A DNA stretch of 64,000 nucleotides from a bacterium (GTDB lineage: Bacteria; UBA10199; 2-02-FULL-44-16; JAAZCA01). The stretch spans positions 128,001-192,000 of the forward strand of contig CAXXGI010000001.1 of assembly GCA_963674695.2 (NCBI GenBank), read 5' to 3'. A program made the translations under genes and the position numbers. Under the pieces are notes generated by a model. The model made no database searches, was not told where the DNA came from, and saw nothing but the letters and a program-made list of their open reading frames with translations. Positions 49,877 through 59,842 of this stretch are shown piece after piece (positions within the stretch are counted from its first letter, which is position 1; the number at the start of each line of letters is the position of its first letter).

Positions 49877-51751
49877 ATGTGCGGCATCTGCGGATTCATC
49901 GACATCGATCTCCCTCAGCCTGAGCGACGCGTGCGACTGCAGGCCATGCTCGCGGCGATGGATCGCCGCGGTCGCGAATCGGGCACCCACCTGGATGAGA
50001 CCGTCGCCCTCGGCTGCCGACGGCTTCCGCTCGTGGACATCGCCCGTGGCCATCAGCCGATCCGAGATGAGCGCGAACGCATTCGCGCCGTGGTCAACGG
50101 TGAGATCACCAACAGCATCGAACTGAGGCGTGAACTCGAAGGACGCGGCCACCGCTTCCGTTCGGAGAGCGACGCCGAGGTCGTCGTTCACCTCTACGAG
50201 GAGGACGGCATCGACTTCCTCGCTCGCCTCGAAGGGATGTTCGCCGTCGCCCTCTGGGATGGTGAGCGCCGACGCCTCGTGCTCGGACGCGATCCGGTCG
50301 GCATCAAGCCGCTGTTCATCGCCGAGGAGGGAGGCGGCCTCTGGTTCGCCTCCAGCATCCCCGCCCTCTTGGCCGGGAGCCACCTCCCGCGCGACCTGGA
50401 TGAGACCGCACTGATCGCCTATTGCCACCTCCAGTATGTGCCACGCCCGCACACGATCTATCGTCACATCCGCGCCCTCCTGCCGGGCCAGCGCCTCGTG
50501 CGACAGGGCGAAACCCATCGCATCGATGCTTTCCGGCGATGGGAGATCAACACGTGCCAAGAGAGCACGCCGCACCTCGCCGATGCCGTACGCAATGCGC
50601 TCACCGATTCGGTCCAGCGCTGCCTGATGGGAGAGACGCGCAAGGGCGTCCTGCTCTCGGGCGGCGTTGATTCATCGGCGATCGCCGTACTCGCTGCGCG
50701 GCATATCCCGCAACTGCCCACCTATGCCGCCGTCTTCGACGAGACGAGCTTCGACGAACGCAACGAAGCCGCGCGCGTCGCGCGTTTCATCGGCAGCGAC
50801 CATCACGAAGTGGAGATCACCGCCGACGGCATCCTCGACGCCCTGCCGACATTCCTCGCGCAGATGGGCGAACCGTTCGCGGAGGGCTCTGCGCTGCCGC
50901 TCTTTCTCGTCTGCGCACGCGCCTCCGAGGATGTGCCGGTGCTCCTGTCGGGCGAGGGCAGCGACGAACTCTTCGGCGGCTATGAGACCTATCGGGCACA
51001 CCTCATCGCCAAGCGCTGGTCGCGGCTGCCCGCATGGATGAGGACATCCGTCACAACTGCGGCCGCGCGGCTGCCCGTCTCGCACCGGAAGCTGAGTTGG
51101 GAATTCAGACTGAAGCGGTTTCTGGCAGGCGCGCACCTCCCACCCTGGCAAGCACGTCTGCTCTGGAAGGGAACGGCCGCTCCCGAAACGATTCGAAGCG
51201 CGTTGGCGCTGCCTCCTGATCGCATCGCCGCCGCTTGGGGCGAACTCGACCGGTTCGCCCGCGATCGGTATGAACATCTGGCGCACGGCGATGAGCTGGC
51301 GCGGCTGGGATTTCTCGACTTCTCCCTCTCGCTTCCCGACGACCTGCTCATGCGCGCCGATCTCGTCGGCATGGCGCACACGGTCGAGATCCGCGTCCCG
51401 GTCCTCTCCTCGGAACTCGTCCGCCTGGGGCTCGGTCTCCCGGAACAGAAGCGTGCGACGACCCGACGTGACAAGATCCTCTGGCGACAGGCCCTCGAAC
51501 CGATCCTCCCCCCCGGGCTCGCCCATCGGAGAAAACGGGGGCTCAACCTCCCCTACGCCCAGTGGCTGTGTTCACCCCGATGGCAACAGTGGCTGATGGA
51601 CGCCATCGACACAAATACCCTTGAGATTTCCGCGCTTTTCCATAAGAATGCGCTGCGACGGCTGGCGGATGAACACTTCACCCGACGCCGCGATCATGGC
51701 CACCTGCTCTGGACCATAGGGGTTCTCCACTCATGGAAACATACCCGCTGA
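49877..51751 (+). CDS. asnB: Asparagine synthase (glutamine-hydrolysing) family amidotransferase
   Basis: MCGICG, NGEI.N, SDAEV, GRDPVGIKPL, LLSGGVDSS, LSGEGSDELFGGY, EIRVP. Confidence 0.9.
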   Translation: MCGICGFIDIDLPQPERRVRLQAMLAAMDRRGRESGTHLDETVALGCRRLPLVDIARGHQPIRDERERIRAVVNGEITNSIELRRELEGRGHRFRSESDAEVVVHLYEEDGIDFLARLEGMFAVALWDGERRRLVLGRDPVGIKPLFIAEEGGGLWFASSIPALLAGSHLPRDLDETALIAYCHLQYVPRPHTIYRHIRALLPGQRLVRQGETHRIDAFRRWEINTCQESTPHLADAVRNALTDSVQRCLMGETRKGVLLSGGVDSSAIAVLAARHIPQLPTYAAVFDETSFDERNEAARVARFIGSDHHEVEITADGILDALPTFLAQMGEPFAEGSALPLFLVCARASEDVPVLLSGEGSDELFGGYETYRAHLIAKRWSRLPAWMRTSVTTAAARLPVSHRKLSWEFRLKRFLAGAHLPPWQARLLWKGTAAPETIRSALALPPDRIAAAWGELDRFARDRYEHLAHGDELARLGFLDFSLSLPDDLLMRADLVGMAHTVEIRVPVLSSELVRLGLGLPEQKRATTRRDKILWRQALEPILPPGLAHRRKRGLNLPYAQWLCSPRWQQWLMDAIDTNTLEISALFHKNALRRLADEHFTRRRDHGHLLWTIGVLHSWKHTR

Positions 51752-52167
51752 CGCAACCCGTTCCCCAAACCAAACGGAACCGACGCCAGTCGGGCTTCAC
51801 GCTCATCGAGCTGGTTCTCGTCATCCTCCTGCTCGGCATCATGTCGCTCACAGCCTTCAGCATCTTCTACGATATCTCCGATGAGGCCTATGAGAGTACC
51901 GAGATGACGATCGTCAGCAGCGTGCGTTCCGGCATCGACTTGAGTTCTATGGAGAACATGATCAACCTCGGCACCTTCTCCTTTCCCACAACGCTCGACA
52001 GCGCCACCAACGGCACCGCCTCCCCCAGCAACCCCTTCTTCACCGAAGTCTTGAACAGCGGCATCACGGAGAACTGGAACAAATCCGGGCCCAACCTCTA
52101 TCTCTTCGCACCGACCGGCACGCAGTATCTCTACGATAGCAACACGGGAAAGTTCGAAGAACAATGA
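51733..52167 (+). CDS. Type IV pilin / prepilin-type protein
   Basis: Basic leader, then G|FTLIELVLVILLLGIMS class III signal peptide with E5; 123-aa mature protein. Confidence 0.9.
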   Translation: METYPLTQPVPQTKRNRRQSGFTLIELVLVILLLGIMSLTAFSIFYDISDEAYESTEMTIVSSVRSGIDLSSMENMINLGTFSFPTTLDSATNGTASPSNPFFTEVLNSGITENWNKSGPNLYLFAPTGTQYLYDSNTGKFEEQ

Positions 52168-54314
52168 CACATGTGGAACCATCCGCAGGTCCTCGATCGG
52201 GGTGGGTCGACGGGGCGACGTGCATTATCTTGAGCATCGCCATCGTCGCCCTCTGCTGGCATCGGGTCGGCACGTTCGACGCCTGGACGGACCTCGCGCT
52301 GGGAAACTGGATCATCGACCACCGCTCGATCCCCGCGCAGGATCCCTTCCTCTTCTGGGAGGGGGCGCGCACGCCCGCCAACATGTGGATGTCGCGAGTG
52401 CTCTTCGCCCTCACCGAACGCCTCGCCTCCTTCCCCCTGCTCACGCTTCTCAAGACGACCGTCGTCTGGAGCGCATTTGCCCTCGTCTTCCTCCGCACGC
52501 GCAGGCTCATCGGACGGGCGACGGTTCTGATCGCCCCGATCATGCTCTGGGGGATCATCCTCGCCTCAGTTCGATTTCAGATGCGCGGCGAGATCTTCGG
52601 CCTACTCTGCCTGTCGCTCGCCCTCTTTTTCATCACGCGGGCGCAGGTCTCCAGACGCGTGCCGTGGGAACTCATCCCGGTTCAAATCATATGGGCAAAT
52701 CTGCACGCCTCGTTTCCATTGGGGCCAGCCATCGTCCTCTGTTGGATCTTCGCCCGCATCGGGGAACGACACCTGCTCGAACGACGATTCGAAGGGAATG
52801 CCCCCCGCACCGGGGGGCTCCTCCTGTTGACCGCCCTGCTCGTCGGCGCCTCGGCCCTGCACCCGGATGGACTCGCCAACCTTCTGCATCCGATCGGCCA
52901 GCAGGCTGGTGCCCTCTTCCACCATCACATCTCCGAGTGGCTACCGCCCTTTGCCTCCGCATTCGGAACGCCGACGATGCGCGTCGCCGTCGCCGTGTTT
53001 CTGATCCTCGTCGCCGTCGCAACAGCCGCCACGGTCAGGCGCGGCGGTCTTTTTCCGCTCGCGATCGCCGCGCTCTTCTCCTTTCTGCTGCTGAGCGCAA
53101 GCCGCCACATCGCCCTCTTCGCGGTCGCCACCCTGCCGATCGCCGCCCAGGGCCTGGATGAACTGATTCGCCCCCTCGCGCAACACAACCGCTTCATCCG
53201 CATGGGCCGCATCGCTGCCGCCACGGCATGTGGCATCGGACTCCTCCTCATCCTGAACGGGTCGGTCGCATCCGCATGGGGCTCCCATTGCGCACCGGGA
53301 GCCGGGCCGGAGGAATCGCACCTGCCTCAATCAGCGGCAACATTCATCGCCGAGCATCCGATCGACGGGCATCTCTTCAATAGCTACGATATCGGGGGAT
53401 ATCTCTCCTGGCGTCTGGGGCCAAACCGCCAGCTGCTCATCGACGGACGCAACATGGCCTACGGCTCCGCCTTCTATCGCCGCTACCTCCAGGCCTGCTT
53501 CTCCCCCCAGCACAATTGGGATTTTCTGTCCGACGACCTCGATCTGCGCGCCGCCTTCCTCTCGGTTCAAGCAAAAGACGCGGCGCCCCTGATCGGCTTC
53601 CTCTCCGCACATGAGGAATGGGTCCCGATATGGGTCGATGGACGAGCGGTCATCTTCATCAAGCAAGGCATGGGCAACGATGCGCTCATCAACGCATTCC
53701 GCGTCGACGTCGATGACCCCGCATTTCTCGAAGCAAACGAGGGGCTCGATGCCCAGGCCGTCTGCGAGCGTGGTGATGCCCTCTTCTTCATGCACGCCTT
53801 CGCCTCGGCGGAGACGCTCTTCAATCGGGCGCGATGGATGGACGCGTCGGCCTGCCCGCGCGCTTTTGAATTGGCGCACATGGCACGAACGCGCGGTGAT
53901 ACAGCGGAATATACATCGTGGCTTGCCCGGGCAGAGCAGGAACACCCGGATGCGCCGCCCGTTCAATTCGAACGAGGTCTTCTCCTCGACGAGGCGGGGG
54001 ATGATCTCGACGCGATCCGGCACTACAAACGCGCCGTCCACCTCGGCTCCCGCAACCCCGCCCTCTTCAACAATCTGGGCCGCCTCTATCTCGAACGACG
54101 CCAGTGGAAAAAGGCGCGCCCCCATCTGGAGCGAGCCCTGACACTCGACCCGAACTTCGCCCCCGCACTGCGCAACCTGGGGATCGTGCATCGCCACGCA
54201 GGCGACATACGCAGCGCCGCCCGCGCCTGGCGGCGCTATTTAGAAATTCGCCCCGACGCCCCCGAAGCGGAGACGATTCGGGAAGAGGTGACACGCATGA
54301 TGAAGAGGAAGTAG
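52164..54314 (+). CDS. Multi-pass membrane protein (GT-C-like) with C-terminal TPRs
   Basis: FDAWTDLALGNWI, QDPF, WANLHASF, ISEWLPP, FNSYDIGGYL.W, IDGR; TPRs LFNNLGRLY, ALRNLGIV. Confidence 0.72.
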   Translation: MTHVEPSAGPRSGWVDGATCIILSIAIVALCWHRVGTFDAWTDLALGNWIIDHRSIPAQDPFLFWEGARTPANMWMSRVLFALTERLASFPLLTLLKTTVVWSAFALVFLRTRRLIGRATVLIAPIMLWGIILASVRFQMRGEIFGLLCLSLALFFITRAQVSRRVPWELIPVQIIWANLHASFPLGPAIVLCWIFARIGERHLLERRFEGNAPRTGGLLLLTALLVGASALHPDGLANLLHPIGQQAGALFHHHISEWLPPFASAFGTPTMRVAVAVFLILVAVATAATVRRGGLFPLAIAALFSFLLLSASRHIALFAVATLPIAAQGLDELIRPLAQHNRFIRMGRIAAATACGIGLLLILNGSVASAWGSHCAPGAGPEESHLPQSAATFIAEHPIDGHLFNSYDIGGYLSWRLGPNRQLLIDGRNMAYGSAFYRRYLQACFSPQHNWDFLSDDLDLRAAFLSVQAKDAAPLIGFLSAHEEWVPIWVDGRAVIFIKQGMGNDALINAFRVDVDDPAFLEANEGLDAQAVCERGDALFFMHAFASAETLFNRARWMDASACPRAFELAHMARTRGDTAEYTSWLARAEQEHPDAPPVQFERGLLLDEAGDDLDAIRHYKRAVHLGSRNPALFNNLGRLYLERRQWKKARPHLERALTLDPNFAPALRNLGIVHRHAGDIRSAARAWRRYLEIRPDAPEAETIREEVTRMMKRK

Positions 54315-54373
54315 GGCACTTCATATTCCGGGAGGCGCCATAGCTTTCGCGCCGCGAGGAGGAAAGAGAGAGC

Positions 54374-55816
54374 ATGCACACACAACGACTGAGCTTCATC
54401 CTGCAGATCGCCTTCGTTTGCTTTGCGATCATCCTCGTGAGCATCGACGCCTTCACCCAGTATCACCTGCTGACGCTTCCCTTTGAAATCAACGACAGCG
54501 AAGGCGTCGTCCTCAACCAGGCCTGGCGCCTGGCCCACGGGCTTGCGCTCTACCCGCCGGTCGATCACTCTCCCTACATCCTCTCGGTCTACACCCCACT
54601 CTATCCCCTCGTTGTCTCCTGGTTCCTGGATGTCGAGTCGATCGGTTTCTTTGCCGCCCGCCTGCTGTCGCTGATGAGCTTCGCCGGCATCGGCATCGCC
54701 GTTTTTTTCATCCTGCGCACCCTCACGCAAAGCCGGTGGTGGTCCTTTGCTGGCACGGTGCTCATCCTCTGTTCGGGGCATCTCCAGTCATGGGCAACAC
54801 TGTGTCGTGTCGACATGCTCGGAATTTTTCTCTCGCTCGCAGGACTCTGGTGTTATGTGGCCCGGCGGCGTGGCATCGGCCTGATCGCCGCCTATCTCTT
54901 CTGTCTGGCCGCACTCATGACCAAGCAAACGCTTCTGGCCGCACCACTGGCAATCCTCATCGATCGCATCCTTTGCAACCGCAGGCGGGGGATCATCGAA
55001 GCGGGCGCCTTCTTCGCCACCTTGGCGATAGCGTTTATCACACTCCAGATCGCCAGCGACGGACACTTCTTCGGACATGCCTTCTACTATGTAGCAACGC
55101 CCCTCTCGGCCGCGCAGTTGATGCTCTATCTCCGCCAGATCGCCTTCGGCTATCCGGTGCTCCTCATCGGCATCACGATTCTGCTGGCCACGCCGCTGAG
55201 GCGCGAGAGGGACCTCCGATGGCTCCTCGCCTATGTGGCCCTCGGTCTCGGAGCGGGGCTGACCACGCTCAAGACCGGCGCTGCGGAGAATCACTGGCTC
55301 GAGTTCATCATCGCCGCAACGCTCTGTTTTGCCGTCCTGGGGGCACGTGCCCCCCGCATCCTGGCCTCGCCGCCCTCCTGGAAGCCGCTCCTCATCGCGC
55401 TGGCCCTGTTGCAACTGGGCCTCATCCTCTTGAATCAAAACCTCTCCCTCTTGGCCGTGAGGAGGGCAGATGCCTACCGTTCAGAGGAGGGGCAACGCAT
55501 CGATGACGTCGTGCGCAGCACCCCCGGACCGATCCTCACCGAACAAGCGGGCTGGGCCGTCCGCAACGGCAAGGCGTTTCTCTTCGACGCATTCTCCTTC
55601 ACCCAGATGCACTATCAGGAACGATGGGACGAGCAGCCCCTGATCGACCGCCTCGACGACGGCGAATTTTCGCTCATCCTGACGCAATTTGACATCCGCA
55701 ATCCGCCGGCCCAAAAAATGCAGCGCTTCACGCCAAACATACTCGCGACGATACAGAAACGCTATCGCCTTCAAAAACGCATCGGCACCTGGCATGTGTA
55801 CGCACCCGGGGAGTGA
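54374..55816 (+). CDS. Multi-pass membrane protein, GT-C-like glycosyltransferase
   Basis: EINDSEG, YTPLYP, ARLLS, CRVD, MTKQT; paralogue of 46926..48464. Confidence 0.7.
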   Translation: MHTQRLSFILQIAFVCFAIILVSIDAFTQYHLLTLPFEINDSEGVVLNQAWRLAHGLALYPPVDHSPYILSVYTPLYPLVVSWFLDVESIGFFAARLLSLMSFAGIGIAVFFILRTLTQSRWWSFAGTVLILCSGHLQSWATLCRVDMLGIFLSLAGLWCYVARRRGIGLIAAYLFCLAALMTKQTLLAAPLAILIDRILCNRRRGIIEAGAFFATLAIAFITLQIASDGHFFGHAFYYVATPLSAAQLMLYLRQIAFGYPVLLIGITILLATPLRRERDLRWLLAYVALGLGAGLTTLKTGAAENHWLEFIIAATLCFAVLGARAPRILASPPSWKPLLIALALLQLGLILLNQNLSLLAVRRADAYRSEEGQRIDDVVRSTPGPILTEQAGWAVRNGKAFLFDAFSFTQMHYQERWDEQPLIDRLDDGEFSLILTQFDIRNPPAQKMQRFTPNILATIQKRYRLQKRIGTWHVYAPGE

Positions 55817-55963
55817 CGTGACCCCTCGAAAAACTGCGTTTCGCGGATTTGTCCAGGAGACGGGTTCCGATAACACCGTTTTTTGAGATGCCCGGTTCAT
55901 CTACCCAACATCGGGCCTCTTTCTCCTTGCCCCTTTCCCCACGCGCTGCTATCCACACGCCCT

Positions 55964-56995
55964 ATGGAAATGGCCATCTTGGGGCTTGCGCAGAGCGGCA
56001 AGAGCACCCTCTTCGACATCATGACGGGCGTTAAAAGCGCCGATCATCACGGCGAGCGCTGCGTGCGCGGGCAGGCCCGTGTGCCGGATGCGCGGTTCGA
56101 CCGCCTCGTCGAAATCTTCAAACCAAAAAAGGTCTCGCCCGCGAGCGTCCCCTTTACCGACGTCGGTGTCGCCGGCGAAGATGCCTGGCGCGAGATGCGC
56201 AGCGCGCTGGCCGGCGCGGATGGCTTTTTGCACATCGTCGACGGGTTCATGACTTCAGACGTGCCGGAGATGATCAAAAGCTATCGAAAACTCGCCGACG
56301 AACTCATCATCTCGGACCTCATCGCCGTCGAGAATCGCCTGGAGAAACTCGCCAAGCTCCCGAAGGCCGCCTACAAACAGGAGGAGATCATCCACGCCGC
56401 CTGTCTTCCGCGCTGCAAGGAGGCGCTCGATGCGGGACGGCCGCTGCGCGAACTCACCTTTTCGGAGAACGAGCTCACGGGGCTGCGCAGTTTCTCCTTC
56501 TGGTCGATCCGTCCGGAGCTCGTCGTTTTAAATCTCGCCGAGGAGAGCCTCGCGCTCGCCGAAACATTCAGCGCAGAAGCGGACATCAGCTCACCCGTCA
56601 TCGGCATCTGCGGACAGGTGGAACAAGAGATCGCACAGCTCGACGCGAACGAACGCGCGCCCTTTCTCGAATCGCTGGGGATCGAAGAGCCCGCCTTCGA
56701 GCGGGTCATCCGCCGCGCCTTTACACTCCTCGGCCGCATCAGCTATTTCACCGTCGGCGAAGATGAGGTGAAGGCGTGGGTCATTCCCACCGACTCCACC
56801 GCGCCGCGGGCCGCTGCCGCCATCCACAAGGACTTCGAACGCGGTTTCATCAAGGCCGAGGTCGTCTCCTATGACGACTTCATCGCTCATGGTGAGACGC
56901 TCGCCGGCGCCAAATCTGCCGGACGCCTACGCCTGGAAGGCAAGGACTACATCGTACAGGACGGCGACATCATCTCATTTCGTTTCAACGTCTGA
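55964..56995 (+). CDS. ychF: YchF-family (Obg-like) ATPase, divergent
   Basis: GLAQSGKSTLF, VPDARFD, YFTVGEDEVKAW, AAAIHKDFERGFIKAEV, RLEGKDYIVQDGDIISFRFNV. Confidence 0.88.
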   Translation: MEMAILGLAQSGKSTLFDIMTGVKSADHHGERCVRGQARVPDARFDRLVEIFKPKKVSPASVPFTDVGVAGEDAWREMRSALAGADGFLHIVDGFMTSDVPEMIKSYRKLADELIISDLIAVENRLEKLAKLPKAAYKQEEIIHAACLPRCKEALDAGRPLRELTFSENELTGLRSFSFWSIRPELVVLNLAEESLALAETFSAEADISSPVIGICGQVEQEIAQLDANERAPFLESLGIEEPAFERVIRRAFTLLGRISYFTVGEDEVKAWVIPTDSTAPRAAAAIHKDFERGFIKAEVVSYDDFIAHGETLAGAKSAGRLRLEGKDYIVQDGDIISFRFNV

Positions 56996-57004
56996 GGAAC
57001 ACCC

Positions 57005-57775
57005 ATGGACCTCGACCGCATCGCATTGGAACTCAAGGACGCGCGCACGCCGTATTGCCTCGCCACGATTACGAAGGTGGAGGGAAGTGCGCCGCGGCAC
57101 GTCGGCACGAAGATGATCGTCCTGCGCGATGGCTCCATCCACGGCACGATCGGCGGCGGCTCGCTCGAAGAACACGTCAAACGCGATGCACGCGAGGCCC
57201 TTCGCCTGCGCACGCCGAAGAGCACCTCGTATGATCTCGAGGAGGGCGCGGTGCAACCCTGCGGGGGAACAGTCGAGGTCTTCCTCGAACCGACCCTGCC
57301 CGCCCGGCGCACCATCGTCTTCGGCGCGGGGCACATCGCCGAAAAACTCGTGCCGATGCTCATCGCCATGGACGATAACGTCACCGTAGTCGATGAGCGC
57401 ACCGAGCAGATCGCGTTGCCGGCGTTTCAGGGGGCCGAGCGTTGCAATCGCCTGCCGCAGGACTTCCTTCCCACCTGCCCCTTCGATGACGATCTCAATC
57501 TCATCGTACTCACCCATCAGCATGTGCACGACGAGGCGATCGTCGAGTACTGCTTGACCAAGCCATTGTGTTACCTCGGGCTTATCAGCTCGCGCTCCAA
57601 ATGGGCGCTCTTCTGCGACCGCTATCGGGAAAAGGGATTCACCGATGCGCAACTCGCGCGCGTGTCCACGCCGATCGGCCTGGACATCGGCGCGGAGAGC
57701 CCGGTGGAGATCGCCATCGCCATCGCCGCCGAGCTCATCCAACTGCGCGCAAAAGAAGCTCGTCATTCTGAGTGA
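57005..57775 (+). CDS. xdhC: XdhC/CoxI family Mo-cofactor insertion accessory protein
   Basis: GSAPRHVGTKM, GTIGGGSLE, CGGTVEVFLEP, FGAGH, PIGLDIGAESPVEIAIAIAAE. Confidence 0.92.
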   Translation: MDLDRIALELKDARTPYCLATITKVEGSAPRHVGTKMIVLRDGSIHGTIGGGSLEEHVKRDAREALRLRTPKSTSYDLEEGAVQPCGGTVEVFLEPTLPARRTIVFGAGHIAEKLVPMLIAMDDNVTVVDERTEQIALPAFQGAERCNRLPQDFLPTCPFDDDLNLIVLTHQHVHDEAIVEYCLTKPLCYLGLISSRSKWALFCDRYREKGFTDAQLARVSTPIGLDIGAESPVEIAIAIAAELIQLRAKEARHSE

Positions 57776-57836
57776 TCGCGAAGAATCCCGATTGTACACG
57801 GTCAATCGAGATCCTTCGCCTCCAGCTCAGGATGAC
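57762..57836. repeat. REP-like palindrome overlapping the xdhC stop
   Basis: GTCATTCTGAG...GAAGAATC...GATCCTTCG...CTCAGGATGAC. Confidence 0.7.
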
Positions 57837-57860
57837 ACATCCCGAAAAGGAAATGCCTTC

Positions 57861-58457
57861 ATGCAAAACGTCACCGACATCGCGGGACTCATCCTCGCCG
57901 CGGGCGAATCGAAGCGCATGGGGGAGCACAAAGCGCTCAAGAAGAACGCTGACGGCATGACGTTTTTGGCGCGACAGGCCTATCTGCTCCACGATGCCGG
58001 GTGCGAACGCATCACCGCCGTCGTGGGCGCCGACGCCGATCGGATCATGGCAGCCCACCGGAATATCCCGATCACCTGGATCATCAACGAACGGTGGGAG
58101 CGCGGGCAATTCTCTTCCATTCAGACGGGACTTACGGGACTGCTCGAGATCACCACCACCGGCGTCATCCTTCAGCCAGTGGATGTAGTCGGCGTCCGCT
58201 TAAAAACAGTGAGCGCTCTCCTGCAGACGGCCCTGGCGAATCCACATCTGGCCGCCGTCGTTCCGGAATACGAGGACAGGGGCGGGCACCCGATCTACCT
58301 CGCCCGCAGCATCTTTGAAGATCTCATCAACCTCAACCCCACCGATCCCAACTCACGGCTCGACGTCCAGCTCGCAAACCTCTCCGACGTCATGCGTCTG
58401 CCGGTTTCCGACCCCGCCATCCGCAGCAATGTGAACCGACCTGATGATTGGGATTAG
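57861..58457 (+). CDS. mocA: Nucleotidyltransferase, MocA-like molybdenum cofactor cytidylyltransferase
   Basis: LILAAGESKRMG..K, N.RWERGQFSSI, GGHP, NVNRPDDW; xdhC context. Confidence 0.75.
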   Translation: MQNVTDIAGLILAAGESKRMGEHKALKKNADGMTFLARQAYLLHDAGCERITAVVGADADRIMAAHRNIPITWIINERWERGQFSSIQTGLTGLLEITTTGVILQPVDVVGVRLKTVSALLQTALANPHLAAVVPEYEDRGGHPIYLARSIFEDLINLNPTDPNSRLDVQLANLSDVMRLPVSDPAIRSNVNRPDDWD

Positions 58458-58473
58458 CGGGCTCAGCTTCTCA

Positions 58474-59709
58474 TCAACTCATATTCCACGGCATGGCGAT
58501 GGTGTGTTCGTCGACTCGAAAGATTTCGCGACCGACATAGATGATGATACCGTTCGCGACGCGATCAGGGCCGTAGGTCTCACGAAATGCACGCAATCCG
58601 CTGGCATCACGCTTGGTCACATTGGTCTTGCACTTCATCTCTATGGGATAGAGTCGTCCGTCACGCTCGAGCACCAGATCCACCTCGGCGCCACCGCCAG
58701 TCCGCCAGTGATATACCTGCGGTGGAACGGCGATCGAAGAAAACTGTCGTAGAATGAAGCCACACGCCCAGGTCTCGAAGATCGCGCCGAACTGGGGATT
58801 CACCACGAGCGCCTGTGGGGAAGAGATGCGTTGAAGAAAACAAGCAAGCCCCGTGTCGCTCAAGCACCCCTTCTTCTTTCCAGAAAGACGTTTGATCGTG
58901 TTCCCGTGATACGGCGGCAGCTCGATCCATTGGTAGGTGTTGGCGAGCAAATCCAGCCAATCGCGCGCGGTCGATGGGTTCACTCCAACATCGCGGCCAA
59001 TCTGTGACGTGTTGATCTCATTCGACGTCAGTGCTCCGGTCAACCCCAAGAAACGATCAAATTCGGCCAGTGCGCGAATGTTCTCCATCGTGCGCACATC
59101 GCGTTCGATATAGGTCTGAATGTAGGAGCGAAAATAGTCCGGAATCATCTCATCGGGCATGTCGAGCAGTCCTGGCAAAGATCCTCGCCAGAGAAAACGG
59201 CCGATTTCGCCGACGTCAAATCGTTTTCCCGCAACCGTGGAGGGAAATGAATCGGGATCATCGAGATAGGAAGCAAGCCACCCTTCCCTCGAGCCCTGCC
59301 CAGCCACCTCCGCAGGCGTCATTCCGTCGAGGTGGATGATGCCAACGCGTCCGGCCATGCTCTCCGCTACCGAACGCAGGACGCTCAAGTTCTGCGAACC
59401 GGTGAGAAAGTACTGCCCCGTTGCATCGCCCTCGTCGACACGGCGTTTGATCGCCGGCAGGAGTTCCGGAGCGAATTGCACCTCGTCGAGGATGATAGGT
59501 GCTGGGAAGTGATCGAGGAAGAGATCGGGATCGCTGCGCGCGCCATAGAGATCCTGGACCGGATCGAAGACGATGGATTTGAGATCGCCAAAGGTGTGGC
59601 TCAGAAGCGTGCTCTTTCCCACCTGCCGAGCTCCGGTGACGAGGACAATTTTGAAGTGTTCCGCGAGCGCACGGAGTCGTCCTTCAATATGGCGCGGGCG
59701 ATATCTCAT
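58474..59709 (-). CDS. AAA_14 ATPase with DUF4143 domain
   Basis: TGARQVGKST, ILDEVQ, LTGSQ, ESMAGR, YIERDV, DTGL, EVDLVLE..PIEMK. Confidence 0.9.
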   Translation of the reverse strand: MRYRPRHIEGRLRALAEHFKIVLVTGARQVGKSTLLSHTFGDLKSIVFDPVQDLYGARSDPDLFLDHFPAPIILDEVQFAPELLPAIKRRVDEGDATGQYFLTGSQNLSVLRSVAESMAGRVGIIHLDGMTPAEVAGQGSREGWLASYLDDPDSFPSTVAGKRFDVGEIGRFLWRGSLPGLLDMPDEMIPDYFRSYIQTYIERDVRTMENIRALAEFDRFLGLTGALTSNEINTSQIGRDVGVNPSTARDWLDLLANTYQWIELPPYHGNTIKRLSGKKKGCLSDTGLACFLQRISSPQALVVNPQFGAIFETWACGFILRQFSSIAVPPQVYHWRTGGGAEVDLVLERDGRLYPIEMKCKTNVTKRDASGLRAFRETYGPDRVANGIIIYVGREIFRVDEHTIAMPWNMS

Positions 59710-59842
59710 TTACCTCGCATTTTACGGTTACTATCCGGAGTTTGCAAGGTATTTTAGTGCATTTCGGGGTGGGACCTTGTCGTTATGCCCGCGGATGCGG
59801 GGATTTGCGAAATGAAGGTTGGGCGGGAGAAGATGACAACCT

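Noticed and set aside
49877-51751. Lasso peptide cyclase interpretation of AsnB plus radical SAM as a RiPP cluster
   Set aside because: Intact N-terminal Cys glutaminase domain; no B protein, leader peptidase or short precursor seen; glycosyltransferase context dominates
51733-52167. Electrically conductive pilin (15 of 123 residues aromatic)
   Set aside because: Aromatic content alone is weak evidence; no multiheme cytochromes in the window
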